From: Paraspadella gotoi
Taxonomy: Eukaryota; Animalia; Chaetognatha
Assembly: GCA_051294375.1 (NCBI GenBank)
Contig: CM119263.1
Coordinates: 24,223,657-24,287,656 of the forward strand
Direction of reading: 5' to 3'
Length of the DNA: 64,000 nucleotides
The translations under genes were made by a program, and so were the position numbers. The notes beneath the pieces were generated by a model that saw only the letters and a list, made by a program, of their open reading frames with translations, was not told where the DNA came from and made no database searches. Shown here one piece after another: positions 25,801 to 37,300 of the stretch (position 1 is the first letter of the stretch; each line of letters starts with the position of its first letter).

Positions 25801-28800
25801 ACTCTTAGAAGAAATGAAGTGGAAAATATTTCAAAGAATGTTTCAATTGTATGAAAAGACCACTCCCTTAAGTATTAGATCGGGGAATACTTATTGTACT
25901 CCGCACCAGCATCAAAATACAATAATGTAATATAATGTAATAAAAAATAATTAAGCCCTTTTTCAAAAAAAAAAATTGCATAACAGCATCATTAATTTAT
26001 TTTTTTTTATAATAATATCCTTATAAAATCATAAAATTTCAAAATCATATTTTTTTAATTTTAAAAACAGTTTCGGATTCGCCGAAAACAACGAAAAAAC
26101 TTTTGTAAAATATGTTACATAATATTTTTAGGTTAAAGCTGCGAAAAATTACCAAAACTTTTCATCATATAATAGTTTCGATTACAAAGCGTAAAAAAGT
26201 GCAGGATTTGACCTTTTTTTCTATTTTTGACGCTGAAGACATTGAAACTTTTAATAACATATTTTATATTTTTGATCTAACTTTTTATGAAGAATCAGAA
26301 TCTTTAATAAAAATTTAAAAACAATTATTTTAATAATTTATCATTTTATAAGGATATTATTATAAATATATTGTAATTAATGATACTGTTCCTCAAACAA
26401 TATAAGCAAAATATTTTTTGTACTCCTTAAGCATACTATCTCACATCTAGATATCCTTGTTTGTTCACTCAAATAAAATTTATGTTCCCCAGTGCTCCAC
26501 TCTACTGTACACGTTTCTCTCTCTTTTGTAGTCACACAGTTTTAGAGTCAGACTTCAGGTCCGTCGCCAAACGGCCTTTTACGGGACAAAGATGCCACGT
26601 CACTCAAGTCTACCTTTTCTACAGTAGTCCTATGGTTAGAGCCACGAGCCCCAAAGACTGCCCCACAAGTACAGCACAAACCCAAAGACTTGCGGGCGAA
26701 GGGCCACCAAGAGGCCACAAGACTCAGACTTTTGTGATGGACTCGACAGTCAAGTAACCTTCAAACCGCAAAGTCTTAAGTTAATTCTCCACTGAACTTA
26801 TCCGAATTACCCCGCAATACCCTATGATTATAATAAAAAAAACGACAAATTTACCATTAATGCTTTCCTCGTCGAGATTGGACACAAGCAGTACGGCGCC
26901 GCTGCCGCCTCCGCTAAATTGGCCTGGCGGGGCTCCCATCATTTGATTGCCTCCCATGCCCATTCCACCGCCCATACCGTTTCCCATGCCTCCGCCCATT
27001 CCACCGCCCATTCCGCCTGCCATTCCACCGCCCATCGGTCCTCCCATCATCATTCCGTGGGATCCTCCAGGAGGCGAGTAACCACCAAGCATTCCACCGC
27101 CACCTCCCATACCACCGCCGCCACCACCGCCACTACCACCACCCATCTGCCCATCGCCGGATGGCAGATTAGGATTGGTAAAGTCCCATGCTCGATCGTT
27201 ATTGAACTTGACGTTTACCGAGCTTAATGAGAAAACGGTTGTAAATAATGTGAATTTCACCTTTTTCGTCTGCTTTATACTCACGTGATCTTAGAGCCTT
27301 CTACTCGAAGGTTGCAACATCCGTTGTAAACGTTTTGACCGTGAAGTGCAAAACGAGCTTCTTCCGCTGATCGCTTGTTGGCGTACTGAATCAGAGCCTG
27401 AAGAGAAAGTTTACTCGATAAAAATCATTTCGTTGAAACCCGCCGCTAAAAAAAATTTACCAAATGAAAACGTGAAAAGATTTTTACATTTTGAAAAGAG
27501 ATACTTAAAGTCAAGACGTACTCATTTTTTATGTATAAATATCATTTCTTTCGGTTTACTTCTACTTTAACAGGAAGAGGTTAAAGATAGCTTAGAAAAT
27601 GATCTCCCTGCTCGATAGCTAATGTTTTTGAATTTTGTCTTACTTTGTGAACGATTTATAAACAAGTTTGAGCAAACAATCTCGGATCTGCCCACGATCA
27701 TTAGTATTAATTAATTAATACAAACTATAAAATAATATTTTAATTAATAAATTAATTGGATCCGAAATGTTTGTTTTTGGATCTTTTTGTCACTGACCAC
27801 GACAAAAGCTACGACGACGATAGCGACGAGGACAATAATTCCGATAATGATTGACTTGATTAATTGATTAAATAATTAATTAATTTATAAATAAATTGAT
27901 TGAATAATTAATCTTAAATGGTGAATGCAAATGAATTTTACCAATAATAAATAGCCTTTGGGGTAATAATTACTATAAAAATAATGTACAAAATCTTAAT
28001 CCGAAATAATAATTTTTACGCACACGCTGGGTAATTCTCGAAAGTTAACAAAGACTTGTAACTTTTGATTAATAAATTTAGCATCAGACTTACTTGAAAC
28101 TTATTGTTCTTCGTAAAAGTTAGGATCTTTTGCACGACTCCGTATTTCTTGAAAATGATGGCCAACGTTTCCAGGGTCACGGGATATACCATATTTTCGA
28201 TGGTCACATGAAGCACCGCTTCCTGGCCGGTAGGCGCTGGGGCCGCAGCGAAGGTGTCTCCGTTTGATTCGAGCAGACCTGCGCTTCCGTTTTGACAAGC
28301 CTGTAGCGCAGCCTAAAAGATGGGGGTGTATTACAAATGAAGTAAAAAATTAAAGAAAAGGATATTAATTCAATCTACCTGTGCTTTCTCATTTGCAATC
28401 GAATGAGCAGCATCAGTTTTCAGTTCCTTGTGTTGAGAAAATTGGACGAATACAGGTCTACCACCCAGCATCGGTTGAGCCGACCTTTAAATTGAAAAAA
28501 AAAAATTATGTGAGGAAAAACGATAACACAACGGCCCTCAAATGTATATAGAGCCAAACCTGTGAAAATAATTCAGCATCATCTGGGCAGCGCTTTCCAG
28601 CTCGAATTCGATAAACGCTTGATTCTTTTGTTTCATCATAAGCAAGTTAGTGATCTTGCCGAAGGGCATGCAAAGCTGAAAAAACAAAGAATTGATTAGA
28701 TTCTGCACTTAACAAGTCAGAATTAAAGCCACAACTACCTACCTGGATGACCTCAGTCTCGGAAACACCTGTCAGGATGTTGCGGATATGAACGACACGA

Positions 28801-29020
28801 GAGGGGCCGGCTCCATCTGTCTTCACCTTTTTGCTGCGCACAAAGAAATTCGTGAGCCAAATGCATCATTTAAATATTAAGTACAGACTGTGTATACAAA
28901 ATACTAATATTTAAGAACTAACCTGTCGTTTGAATCCCCAGCGAACATCCCTTGAGCGTCTTGAATAGGCGAAGAAGACAAATCTGAATCCCGTTCGCGC
29001 TTCTGACGGCGAACATCCAT
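22841..29020 (-). CDS. PTBP1: Polypyrimidine tract-binding protein (4 RRMs)
   Basis: RRM1 [23 protein letters not shown]; RRM2 [31 protein letters not shown]; RRM3 [28 protein letters not shown]; RRM4 [28 protein letters not shown]. Confidence 0.95.
23999..24061 (+). ncRNA. Type-P5 twister-like ribozyme
   Basis: TATCTTGT(P5) aa GAGT(P2') GA TGG(T1) AGGCCT(palindrome) T^AA ACC(P2) AC(T2) caaag CCTG TCCAAAGT CAGG(P4/L4) g GCAAGATA(P5). Confidence 0.82.
24323..24385 (+). ncRNA. Type-P5 twister-like ribozyme (second tandem copy)
   Basis: Identical to 23999-24061. Confidence 0.82.
24513..24547 (+). ncRNA. Degenerate minimal hammerhead motif
   Basis: CTGATGA a GGCTT gcactga AAGCT aaaa catt TC; homologous to the 966-1014 motif, with GAAA mutated. 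Confidence 0.5.
24810..25166. repeat. AT-rich fold-back (MITE-like) element
   Basis: cgcagtaggctatatttata..gcagatttaaattc is the imperfect inverse of gaattcaaatctgc..tataaatatagcttactgcg. Confidence 0.6.
25735..25921 (-). repeat. Inverted, internally deleted copy of the 324-bp unit with an intact twister core (25752-25813)
   Basis: It is the reverse complement of ~24129-24235 joined directly to the twister motif. The P5 5' strand is altered (TTTCTTCT). Confidence 0.85.
25982..26390. repeat. AT-rich fold-back (MITE-like) element
   Basis: aacagcatcattaatt..ataataatatccttataaaat is the imperfect inverse of attttataaggatattattat..aattaatgatactgtt. Confidence 0.6.
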
Positions 29021-29943
29021 TTCTGATTGGATGAATGAGAGTCAGCCTCGCTTTCGAAGGGCCGACAATCCACGGAGCGAAGAAGGATTGATTGACCGAA
29101 TAGTTGCGCTTCAGGGTGGCTTACGTTCGTCGATTGGCAATTGGCTGGCCGCTGGCCAACCCTCGTCGGGATATGAGAGGAAAGATGACACTGCGACGGC
29201 ACACAAATCAAATCAACTTTTTCTTAGATCAGAGTGAGAAGAGGAGAGCCAAGGGTGAAAGGGAAGCGAAGAACGAGTTTTCAGTGTTAAGTTTAGAATT
29301 GATTGATCAAGATGGATCAAGAACCGATCAAGGTTGTTGAGAAATCGATCAAGACCAGGATTTTGAGACGGAATTTTAAGATGAAGATGAAGACGAAGTG
29401 GAAGTGCAAGGACCTGGAGAGGAATCTTGGGATAAAAAGAAAAGAAACGGAACGGATTAAATCGAGACCCGACGCGTCATGTAAAGGCGATTTAAATTTT
29501 CAAGATTTTTTGGTTTTTTTTCAAATATGACGCGTTCGTGTCGTAACCGAAACGGGGAGAAGGGAAAATTTAAAAAATGGGGTGAAATCGAAATAAAATA
29601 TAGGGATCAAACAAAAAAGTGAACGTAAACGAAACGCGAGGATTTGGGATGAAAAAAGAAAAGATTATTCTCAGACGCAGTCAGTGAGAAAAACTGTAAG
29701 AGATGTAAGAGAAAAGATATCTGCAAAGCGCGTAAAACGAGTTACGCTTATAAGAGATTGGAAAAAGATTTGTGCCAAAGATTTTATAAAAGATCGTCAA
29801 CATAGATGTTCATGAAAATAATTAAGTCAACAAATAATTTTTACCAAAATATTTTCAAATATAATTACATTGTATAATGAACAATTCAAATTAAAGACCG
29901 ACAAAGAGACTAGAAAAAACCTGAGTAACAGCACACAAGGATC

Positions 29944-32356
29944 CTAGCTCTTATCCAGCGTCTTCTTTTGCAATATTTTTTTTATCTTTTCGAATCGTCC
30001 CTCAGTCTCGGGCAAATTGACAAAATCCATGTGTTCGGAAACGTTCTTCGCCCACTGATCGGGGGTGGGCATAACTGGGTTGATGCACGGGTCGCTCTCA
30101 ATGAAACGGCTCCCGACGCTATCGTCTCCGTCGTACTTGTCTTTTTCCTCAAGGCCGGAAAGATCGAATCGACAAGGAATCGGCGTGGAATGCTCCATTG
30201 AGATTGAATTCAAAGAAACGGATGGCGAGGCAGGGGTTTTGGGAGTTTCTTCGGAATGAGGATTCGATTTTGGAGAAAAAACTTCGACGTAAGCAGGAAT
30301 CGGAGTCGAGGTCGGGCATTTGAAAGCGCTTGGCGATGCATCGGCAGGCGGAGCCGAATCCAGCGAAGGCACGGAACCGTTGGGCAAAGGCGACGACGGC
30401 GGATCTGGGGAATTTGTGAATAACGATTATCAACGATTATTGAGCAGACTTTTTAGAAATTGCTTGATTCGAGGCCACACAAACCAATTTCCTCAATATT
30501 TTGAGGAGGCGGTGGCGAAGGGCTCATTTCACCGTCCTCTAGCTCGTGATAGTCTTCAACCACGATCCCTTCGGAATCTGCAGCTTCCGATTGGTTCATT
30601 GATTCCAGTGGTCGACGTTTTAGCCAATCGGACGAAGAATTAGCGTTTGAGGTGGACGAATTTTTGGGTGTGAGAGGCGGCGTGTAGGTCGGAAGAGGCG
30701 CAGGTGGCGTGGGAGGCGGAGGGGTCCCTTTAACGAGGAATTTTAATTTGACTTTCAGACACTTTTAGAAGAAAGATAAACGTGAACCCAACCGGGAGGC
30801 AAAGGAGGGCGAAACTCGTGCTCGTCCTCGCTGATGTCCATATCAGAGTCTCCCCTTGTTCTTTGCCTCTTCTCGCCAGGGGCCGTCTCGTCTTCGCCGC
30901 TCGAAGTTGTGTCGCTGACGCCGAAGCGCCGCTTCAAATCTTCATTTCGCGCCGCAAAGTCCCGACGCATCGTCTGTAGGGACTGGAGGAAAAAAGCCGC
31001 GTATGGAAACCGTGTCTGAGTGTACGGGCTTTAGTCTCATCGAACCAACCTGATTATGGTTCCAGCGCGGAACCCCGTAAAAACTCGACTCGTCCAGAAA
31101 TCCTGGCGGCATGGGAGCGTTGAACCCCGGGTAAGAAACCAGCTTAGAGAGCTGAAACTCTTTGGCTTGATCGTATTGTTGAAGATCAACCTGACCGTCC
31201 TCGAAGCGGACCCCGTCAGATCGGACTCCGGTCCCTTCATCTTCGTACATCGTGAGACCAGAAAAGGTGAGCTTTGCTTCCTCCAACCAGCCTGAAGAAA
31301 TCGAAAATAGAATGAAGAGACGCTAAAACGAGGGCCAGATCCGACATTTTTACCAGGCGGATAACCCAACATTCGCATTTTGTAGACGAAAGAAGGCAAC
31401 TGTTTTTCTCCGCAGCCAAGCGCGCTTTTAAGAGATTCGCTGATGACCCCAGGCTGGAAGTCCTTGAAGCGAGGATCGACGTTAACGTCGAGCTGATGGA
31501 GGAAAAGATAAAGACCGACATCGAAGAAGATATAGAAATTGACAACGCAATAAGCGAAAAAGCATTAAACAGACCGTTGCTTTATTGCCGCTCAGCGTGG
31601 GAACGTTGTTCTGTCTCCTGACTTCTGCCTTTCGCCGTTGAATTTCCTTCATATCTTTTGGTTTGGGACAGTCTGCGATACCATGAGACTCCGAACCACA
31701 GTTGAAACAGCATCGACCCCTTTTAATGCCCTAGTGATGCATTTCAAAGATTAAGTACTTAACACCTTCACAAGAATACCAAAAGCGCCCCTTTTGCTCA
31801 CTTTGGGAACGACTCCCTCTTCCTCCTCGGGAGGGAAGCATTTTTCGAAGAGCCTCTCAAAGTGAGGAATATCCCATCCCGTCGTCAACTCGTGAGTCAG
31901 TTTCACCAGCGGATGACCGTGGGAGTCAATGAAAAACCGCGAATAAAACTGCAGACATCCCATCGTTTGCCAAGAGTTGGGATTCGCGGAATCTTCGGGT
32001 CCGAGGTAATGGGAAGTAGAGGGCGGATCTGGAACGCCTTCGGCGTCGCCCTTCGCTATATCCTCCGCAGAACGGGAGAACAAATCGCCGAGGAAACGCT
32101 CGATTTCCGAACGATGTTTAAAAAATCTCGCGTCGTTTAAAAAGGACAGACGAAGTCCGGGTGCGTCATCTTCGAGTCCAGGGGGCATTTTAAATGCGGA
32201 ATCAGGGAGGACGTGACGGTTAGCGTCGGAGTAAAAATTATCGGTGTTATCTTCTTCTTCGTTCCATTGCATATCGGTGCCGTTGGCTGAGAACTTGGAC
32301 TCAGTCGGTTGTTGGTCGAATTCTACGAACAACGAAGGGTCCCCAAAATCTCCCAT
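29944..32356 (-). CDS. ZCCHC8: Zinc finger CCHC domain-containing protein 8 (NEXT complex)
   Basis: Zinc knuckle CFNCGSESHGIADC; PSP domain FQPGVISESLKSALG..LPSFVYKMRMLGYPPGWLEEAK; KLVSYPGFN; C-terminal FVNLPETEGRFEKIKKIL. Confidence 0.9.
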
Positions 32357-32497
32357 TTTCTGGAAAGAGTCAGCTAAGAGACAGGCAACATTAAAGAGGC
32401 GAGAAACGAAAAAATAGACCACGACTTTCGAAACCGTCGAGGGAGGCTGCTAGAGAGTCGGGATTGGGGCGGGGCAATCGTTGATAAGAGCGCAGAA

Positions 32498-33821
32498 TCA
32501 AGCGCTCATAACGGGCCGTGCGCTAGCGGCCTCGAGCGTTAAACCACTCCCAGCAAAGCCCGAGGCTCCGCGTTGCATGTAGATGACGTCTTTTTCAGTC
32601 ATTACTGTTCCCTTGATCGGATCCCGCATAGGATTGTCCAGTTTCAAAATCTTCTCTACGCTTTCCAGAGTTACCACTGCTCCGGAATGTCGCAAAACGC
32701 AGCACGGAACGGAGTTACCTTAATTTAATCGAGCAAAAAATAATGTACGAAAATTATCGAAATAAGCAATGGGAGGGCACAAAAACATACCAAGAGCGTC
32801 GCCAGTGACGGCGCACACATATCTAAGTTGTTTGTTCAACAAATGAGTTTTAGTGTCGCCGTCGTTGACTTTTTGAAATTTAACTGAAAAAAGTTTTTAC
32901 GATTAAATGTTACGGCTTCAATGGATATTCCGAAATAGATTCAGTCCTTACCGGTAATTAGATCTTTCATTTTGAGCGGTTTCTTGCTCATGGGACAAAG
33001 AACTCGCGTGTCGGGTTTTTTAACCAATTTTCCCGAGTCCGACGGCGTCAACGAAGGGATCCAGAAGGCGGGAAGTTTTGATTTATCTAATGAAGTCGAA
33101 GAGTAAAGTTTTGATACGCGAAGTCATTCCAGAATTTTTGGAAAAAAAACTTACTCTCTCCCGCCATGTTATTCTCACAGCCACTAGAACTGGGTCCCGG
33201 TAAAGGATCTACTGGAGCGGGAGAAGTTTCTCTTTTAGAAGGACCAGGAGCGTCGGTGGCTTTAATAAGCGCCAATGGATTTTTTTTGAATGGATCCAAA
33301 GGCTTGCTAATGATGGAACCTTCTTGCTTCATAAAGTCTTTTACCTGAGTAATTTATAAGTTAAACATTTACAAACGCAACTCCCGTAAAGTTAAAATGA
33401 AAGTGTTAGCCACTCACTCGTTCCTCCTCTTTTTCCTTCACGCGTTCTTTCTGTTCGATTTCGTCCTTAGTTTTCTTTCGCTCGTATTCCTTCATTTTTT
33501 TAGCGACGAGTCTTTTTTGTTGAACCATGTATTCTGAACAATATAGTACAATTTTTGTTTCCAGGGGTAAAAGAAAAAAAAGAAATAAAACATATCATAG
33601 TACTTACCGATTATGGCCTCTCGCTCGTACAAGTAACCCTCTTCGGTGATAACAGGGTCTTTGCAAGGCTGCAAGGAAAGGTTGCAGCAATCGAACTCTT
33701 GCATAGAGTCTTTGCTGAAACGAGCCTTCTCCGTCCCGTATCCCGAGGCGGCCGTGTCCTTTTGCTTCTCATGGTAGGAATAAACGGAGCTGGCAGTGCA
33801 ATTCCTCGAGTGCCGCGTCAT
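32498..33821 (-). CDS. NOSIP: Nitric oxide synthase-interacting protein
   Basis: MTRHSRNCTASSVYSYHEKQKD..FDCCNLSLQPCKDPVITEEGYLYEREAI; LPAFWIPSLTP; QRGASGFAGSG. Confidence 0.95.
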
Positions 33822-34316
33822 TCTACCGACGATGTTAGGGGCATTTAAATAAAACTGAAAAATTCATTCAAAAAATAAAAAAATACGAAATTTAGAAATC
33901 ATAAGAAAATTTTTCAATAATTACTATCAAAACTTTCGATATCATAAGGGGATATCATTTTTTAAGATATACTTATGAAATTAATAACTTAAATCTCTCA
34001 ATTTTGGTAAGTTTATAAATTAATTTTCAAAGTAAACAATTCAGAAATTATCAAAGACAATGCCTTTGTGCTCCTTTTCTTTTCAAGAAAAATGATGAAG
34101 ATTGAAGAAACAATGGAAGACAATATTAAGAGCAAACTCTTCAGTCTTAAAACCAAAAATAAACAAGGGAAAATCTCAGCAAAACTTGTGTAAAGAAAGC
34201 AAATTTCAAATTAATTTAAGGATACAAAAAATCAATGGCGATGGCAAACAAATGATGGCGAAATAAGATATGACGCCCTGAAAAAGAGATGGAGAGAGAG
34301 AGAGAGGCAAAAAGAC

Positions 34317-37300
34317 TTAGGTGGGTTGGGGTTGCGCTTGCAATAGCTGTTGTAAAAGTGTGGCGTCTATCTGCACGGCTTGAGTGCTGATCACACTTCC
34401 TGTTGCTGCGTCGATTCCTGTCAGTTGCACGTTGGTGAATCCGTTTGTCATTGAGGCGCTCGACAAATCGAGGCTAAAAAAAAAAAAAGACAAGAAAAAG
34501 GCATATTAAATAGATAGATAATTTTTCTTTTCATCTATTTAGATGCAAAAAAAATTTAAAATAATTTGCACAACCAAAACGCTCAGTAAGTCGCTAAACA
34601 AAAATTACTTGATAGGAATGGGAATCCCTGAAGCTCCGGCGGCGACAATTGCTTCGTCCAAAGTCATGAGCCGCCTCTTGTCCTCAGCGATCTCTTTGTC
34701 CAACGACTGAGATAGCGGGGGCGATTCTTGCACGGGCGGCTGCTCCAGCGCAGCTTCGATGGATGAGAGCACGACGGTGCCGTCCTGCTGCTCGAAGAGC
34801 TGGAACTTTTCGCCCGTCCGTGGATCCGCCTCCGACTCTGACTCCAGCATCAAGCGCGCCGTCGCCAAGTCTACAGCCTCCTCAGCAGGAGAGCTCTTCC
34901 TCAGCACCACAGTTCCTTTGAGGTGGGAATCAAGGTGACTCTTGCGATGGCCCGAAGTGCGGAAGGCGAGGTCGCAGTGAGGGCACTTAAAGGGTTTCGA
35001 CCCCGTGTGAAGTCTCATGTGAACTTTAAGAGATCCGTTGGTTGCGAAGAAAGAGTTACAGACGTGGCACCGAATTGTTTTCGCCGTCGGGAAGTGAGTA
35101 CGAATATGAGTGTCCAACGACGACTTCACAGTGAAGGCTTTGCTACAAACGTGGCACTTGAACGGCTTCTCTCCCGTGTGGACGCGCATGTGCCTGATTT
35201 GAGAACAATTGTATGCTTACGTAAAAAATTGGATCTTACAAAAATGAACTCATTTATGAATTGAGATGCCAACTAAAGAACGCAAATTTAATGCTACGTC
35301 AAAAATACGTAAGCATTACAGAATAAATTTAGTTCGACATGTCAATTTTAGTGAATATTATGCCGAAGAATTCGTGCCAAAAATAACACAAAAACCCAGG
35401 ATACAATTTTATTGCAATCAATTTTTTTTATAAAATGGTCGAAAAGAAGCCCTACGAAATCAGTTGGCAAAGCAGCTTTATTTCTCGCCGTTAGTCAGCT
35501 CGAGATGTAAATCCACCGGAGAGAGATCGATAGCTATTGGTCGAAATGAGATAGGAACGCTAGCTCATTGGTCGATCGAATCAAAACCGAGAAAACGCAA
35601 ACGCCTTCACAGAGACTATTATTGGCTGCTATCAAAAAAAGGCTACGCGAGGATTGGTTCAAACAAATCACGTGATTTAAGCAGCATCAGCTTCTGCGTG
35701 CTCCATTGCATTTAGAGTATTCAATCTTCATCCGACTGAAGTGTTATTGCCAACAGCTAGGTCCAAAAGGAAATTACTAAAATGGGGTCGCTGAACAGTC
35801 GAGTGGAGCGATGAAAAGATTGAGCGATATAACAATATTTTTTTTGCTTTTGTATCGATAAGTAAAAAAATTCAAGCCGAACAATATGAGCAAATTATAT
35901 TTTATAATTAAAAATTACCATTACTAGATTTCTCTCATAAAATGTCTTTCGTTCTCATATATTAAGATAGTCATTGAATTAGAAAATGTTAATATAGTCA
36001 TAATAAAATAATACTTAGGGTTTCGGGTAAAATTTTAAACCCTCAATTATTACAAAAATCAAACATCAGGAAATTTTTTTTTACCTTACTAAATCCGAAG
36101 GCTTTTTAAATGTTTTTGTACAAAAATCACAGCCGTGAGCGTGTTTGGGCTCATCCTTGTCCACCTCCTTCGTTTGTTTTCGAGTCAGTCTGGATTTTTC
36201 CAAAGCAGACTCGATGAGAAATCGCTCGGAGATCGAAATGTTTTCGTCTTTGGAAGTCGCTGTCAGTTCAGCCGCTTGTTCCTCAGTAATCTGGGTTAAA
36301 ATAATAAGTATTTTGTTATGGTAATAAATGTTATGTTACAGTGTCTTTCTCTGTAAATACGATCTAAACTTCGTACAAGGGAAGTGGGCTTATCGACCAA
36401 ATGACTGACAACCCGGTAATATTTTTCCATTGAAGCCGTTTCTGTTATTTTTTCTTCTTGTTCAATGTTCATACTTAAAATTTTCTAAACTTGAATCGAG
36501 ATCAATGCCAGAAGCGCATCTGCCAGAAGCCAAAAGGGCATCTCTGACTAGAAACGTTTATCCCATAAGTTCGCCCCCCACGATGCCTGAACTATTTCCG
36601 TCGGCCTTGGCTTCTTCTCCTCTGACTTAACGCGCTGCCTGGAGAGGTATTCGTTGATGTCGGCCTCGACGAGCTGACCCGAGGCGTCGATGAACTCGAA
36701 TTTGGATTCCTCGTTCGCGTGCAAGGCTCTTACGTGACGCCGCTTTAAGGCTTCCGTACGAAACATGACGGGGCAAAACGGGCATTGAATGTCTGAAAAG
36801 AAAAGTAAATTTCTAAAACCCAATTTTTAAACAATAGACGTACTGTTTAACAATAGAGAAAAATAATATCGCGGCTCACTTTTATGCGTACGAAGATGAA
36901 GCAGCAACAAAGGTTTGCTTGTAAAAACTTGCTCACAGTGTCGGCACTTAAACGGGTTGCAGTCGTCGCTTAAATATAACCCGAATATTAATTAATAAGA
37001 TGTAAGAATTACATATGCATAACTCAAGATCATGATTAAAGACACTCGGCTTACTGGCTGAATTTGATGTGTTCCCGAAGCGAGGCCGATGTTGCGAAGG
37101 CCGTCCCGCAATCGCCGCAATTGAATTTTCGTCTTTTAACGTGAATTTTCTGATGCTGACGCAACTGAGTTACTCGTTGAAAAGATTTTTCACAGACATT
37201 GCATTTAAGTTCTTCATCGTCGACGTTTTTCGTAACTGGCTCGACCACTGGGGAGGTCTCTTCAACGGCTGCAGAGTCCATTGTCCGATTGATGATGAAT

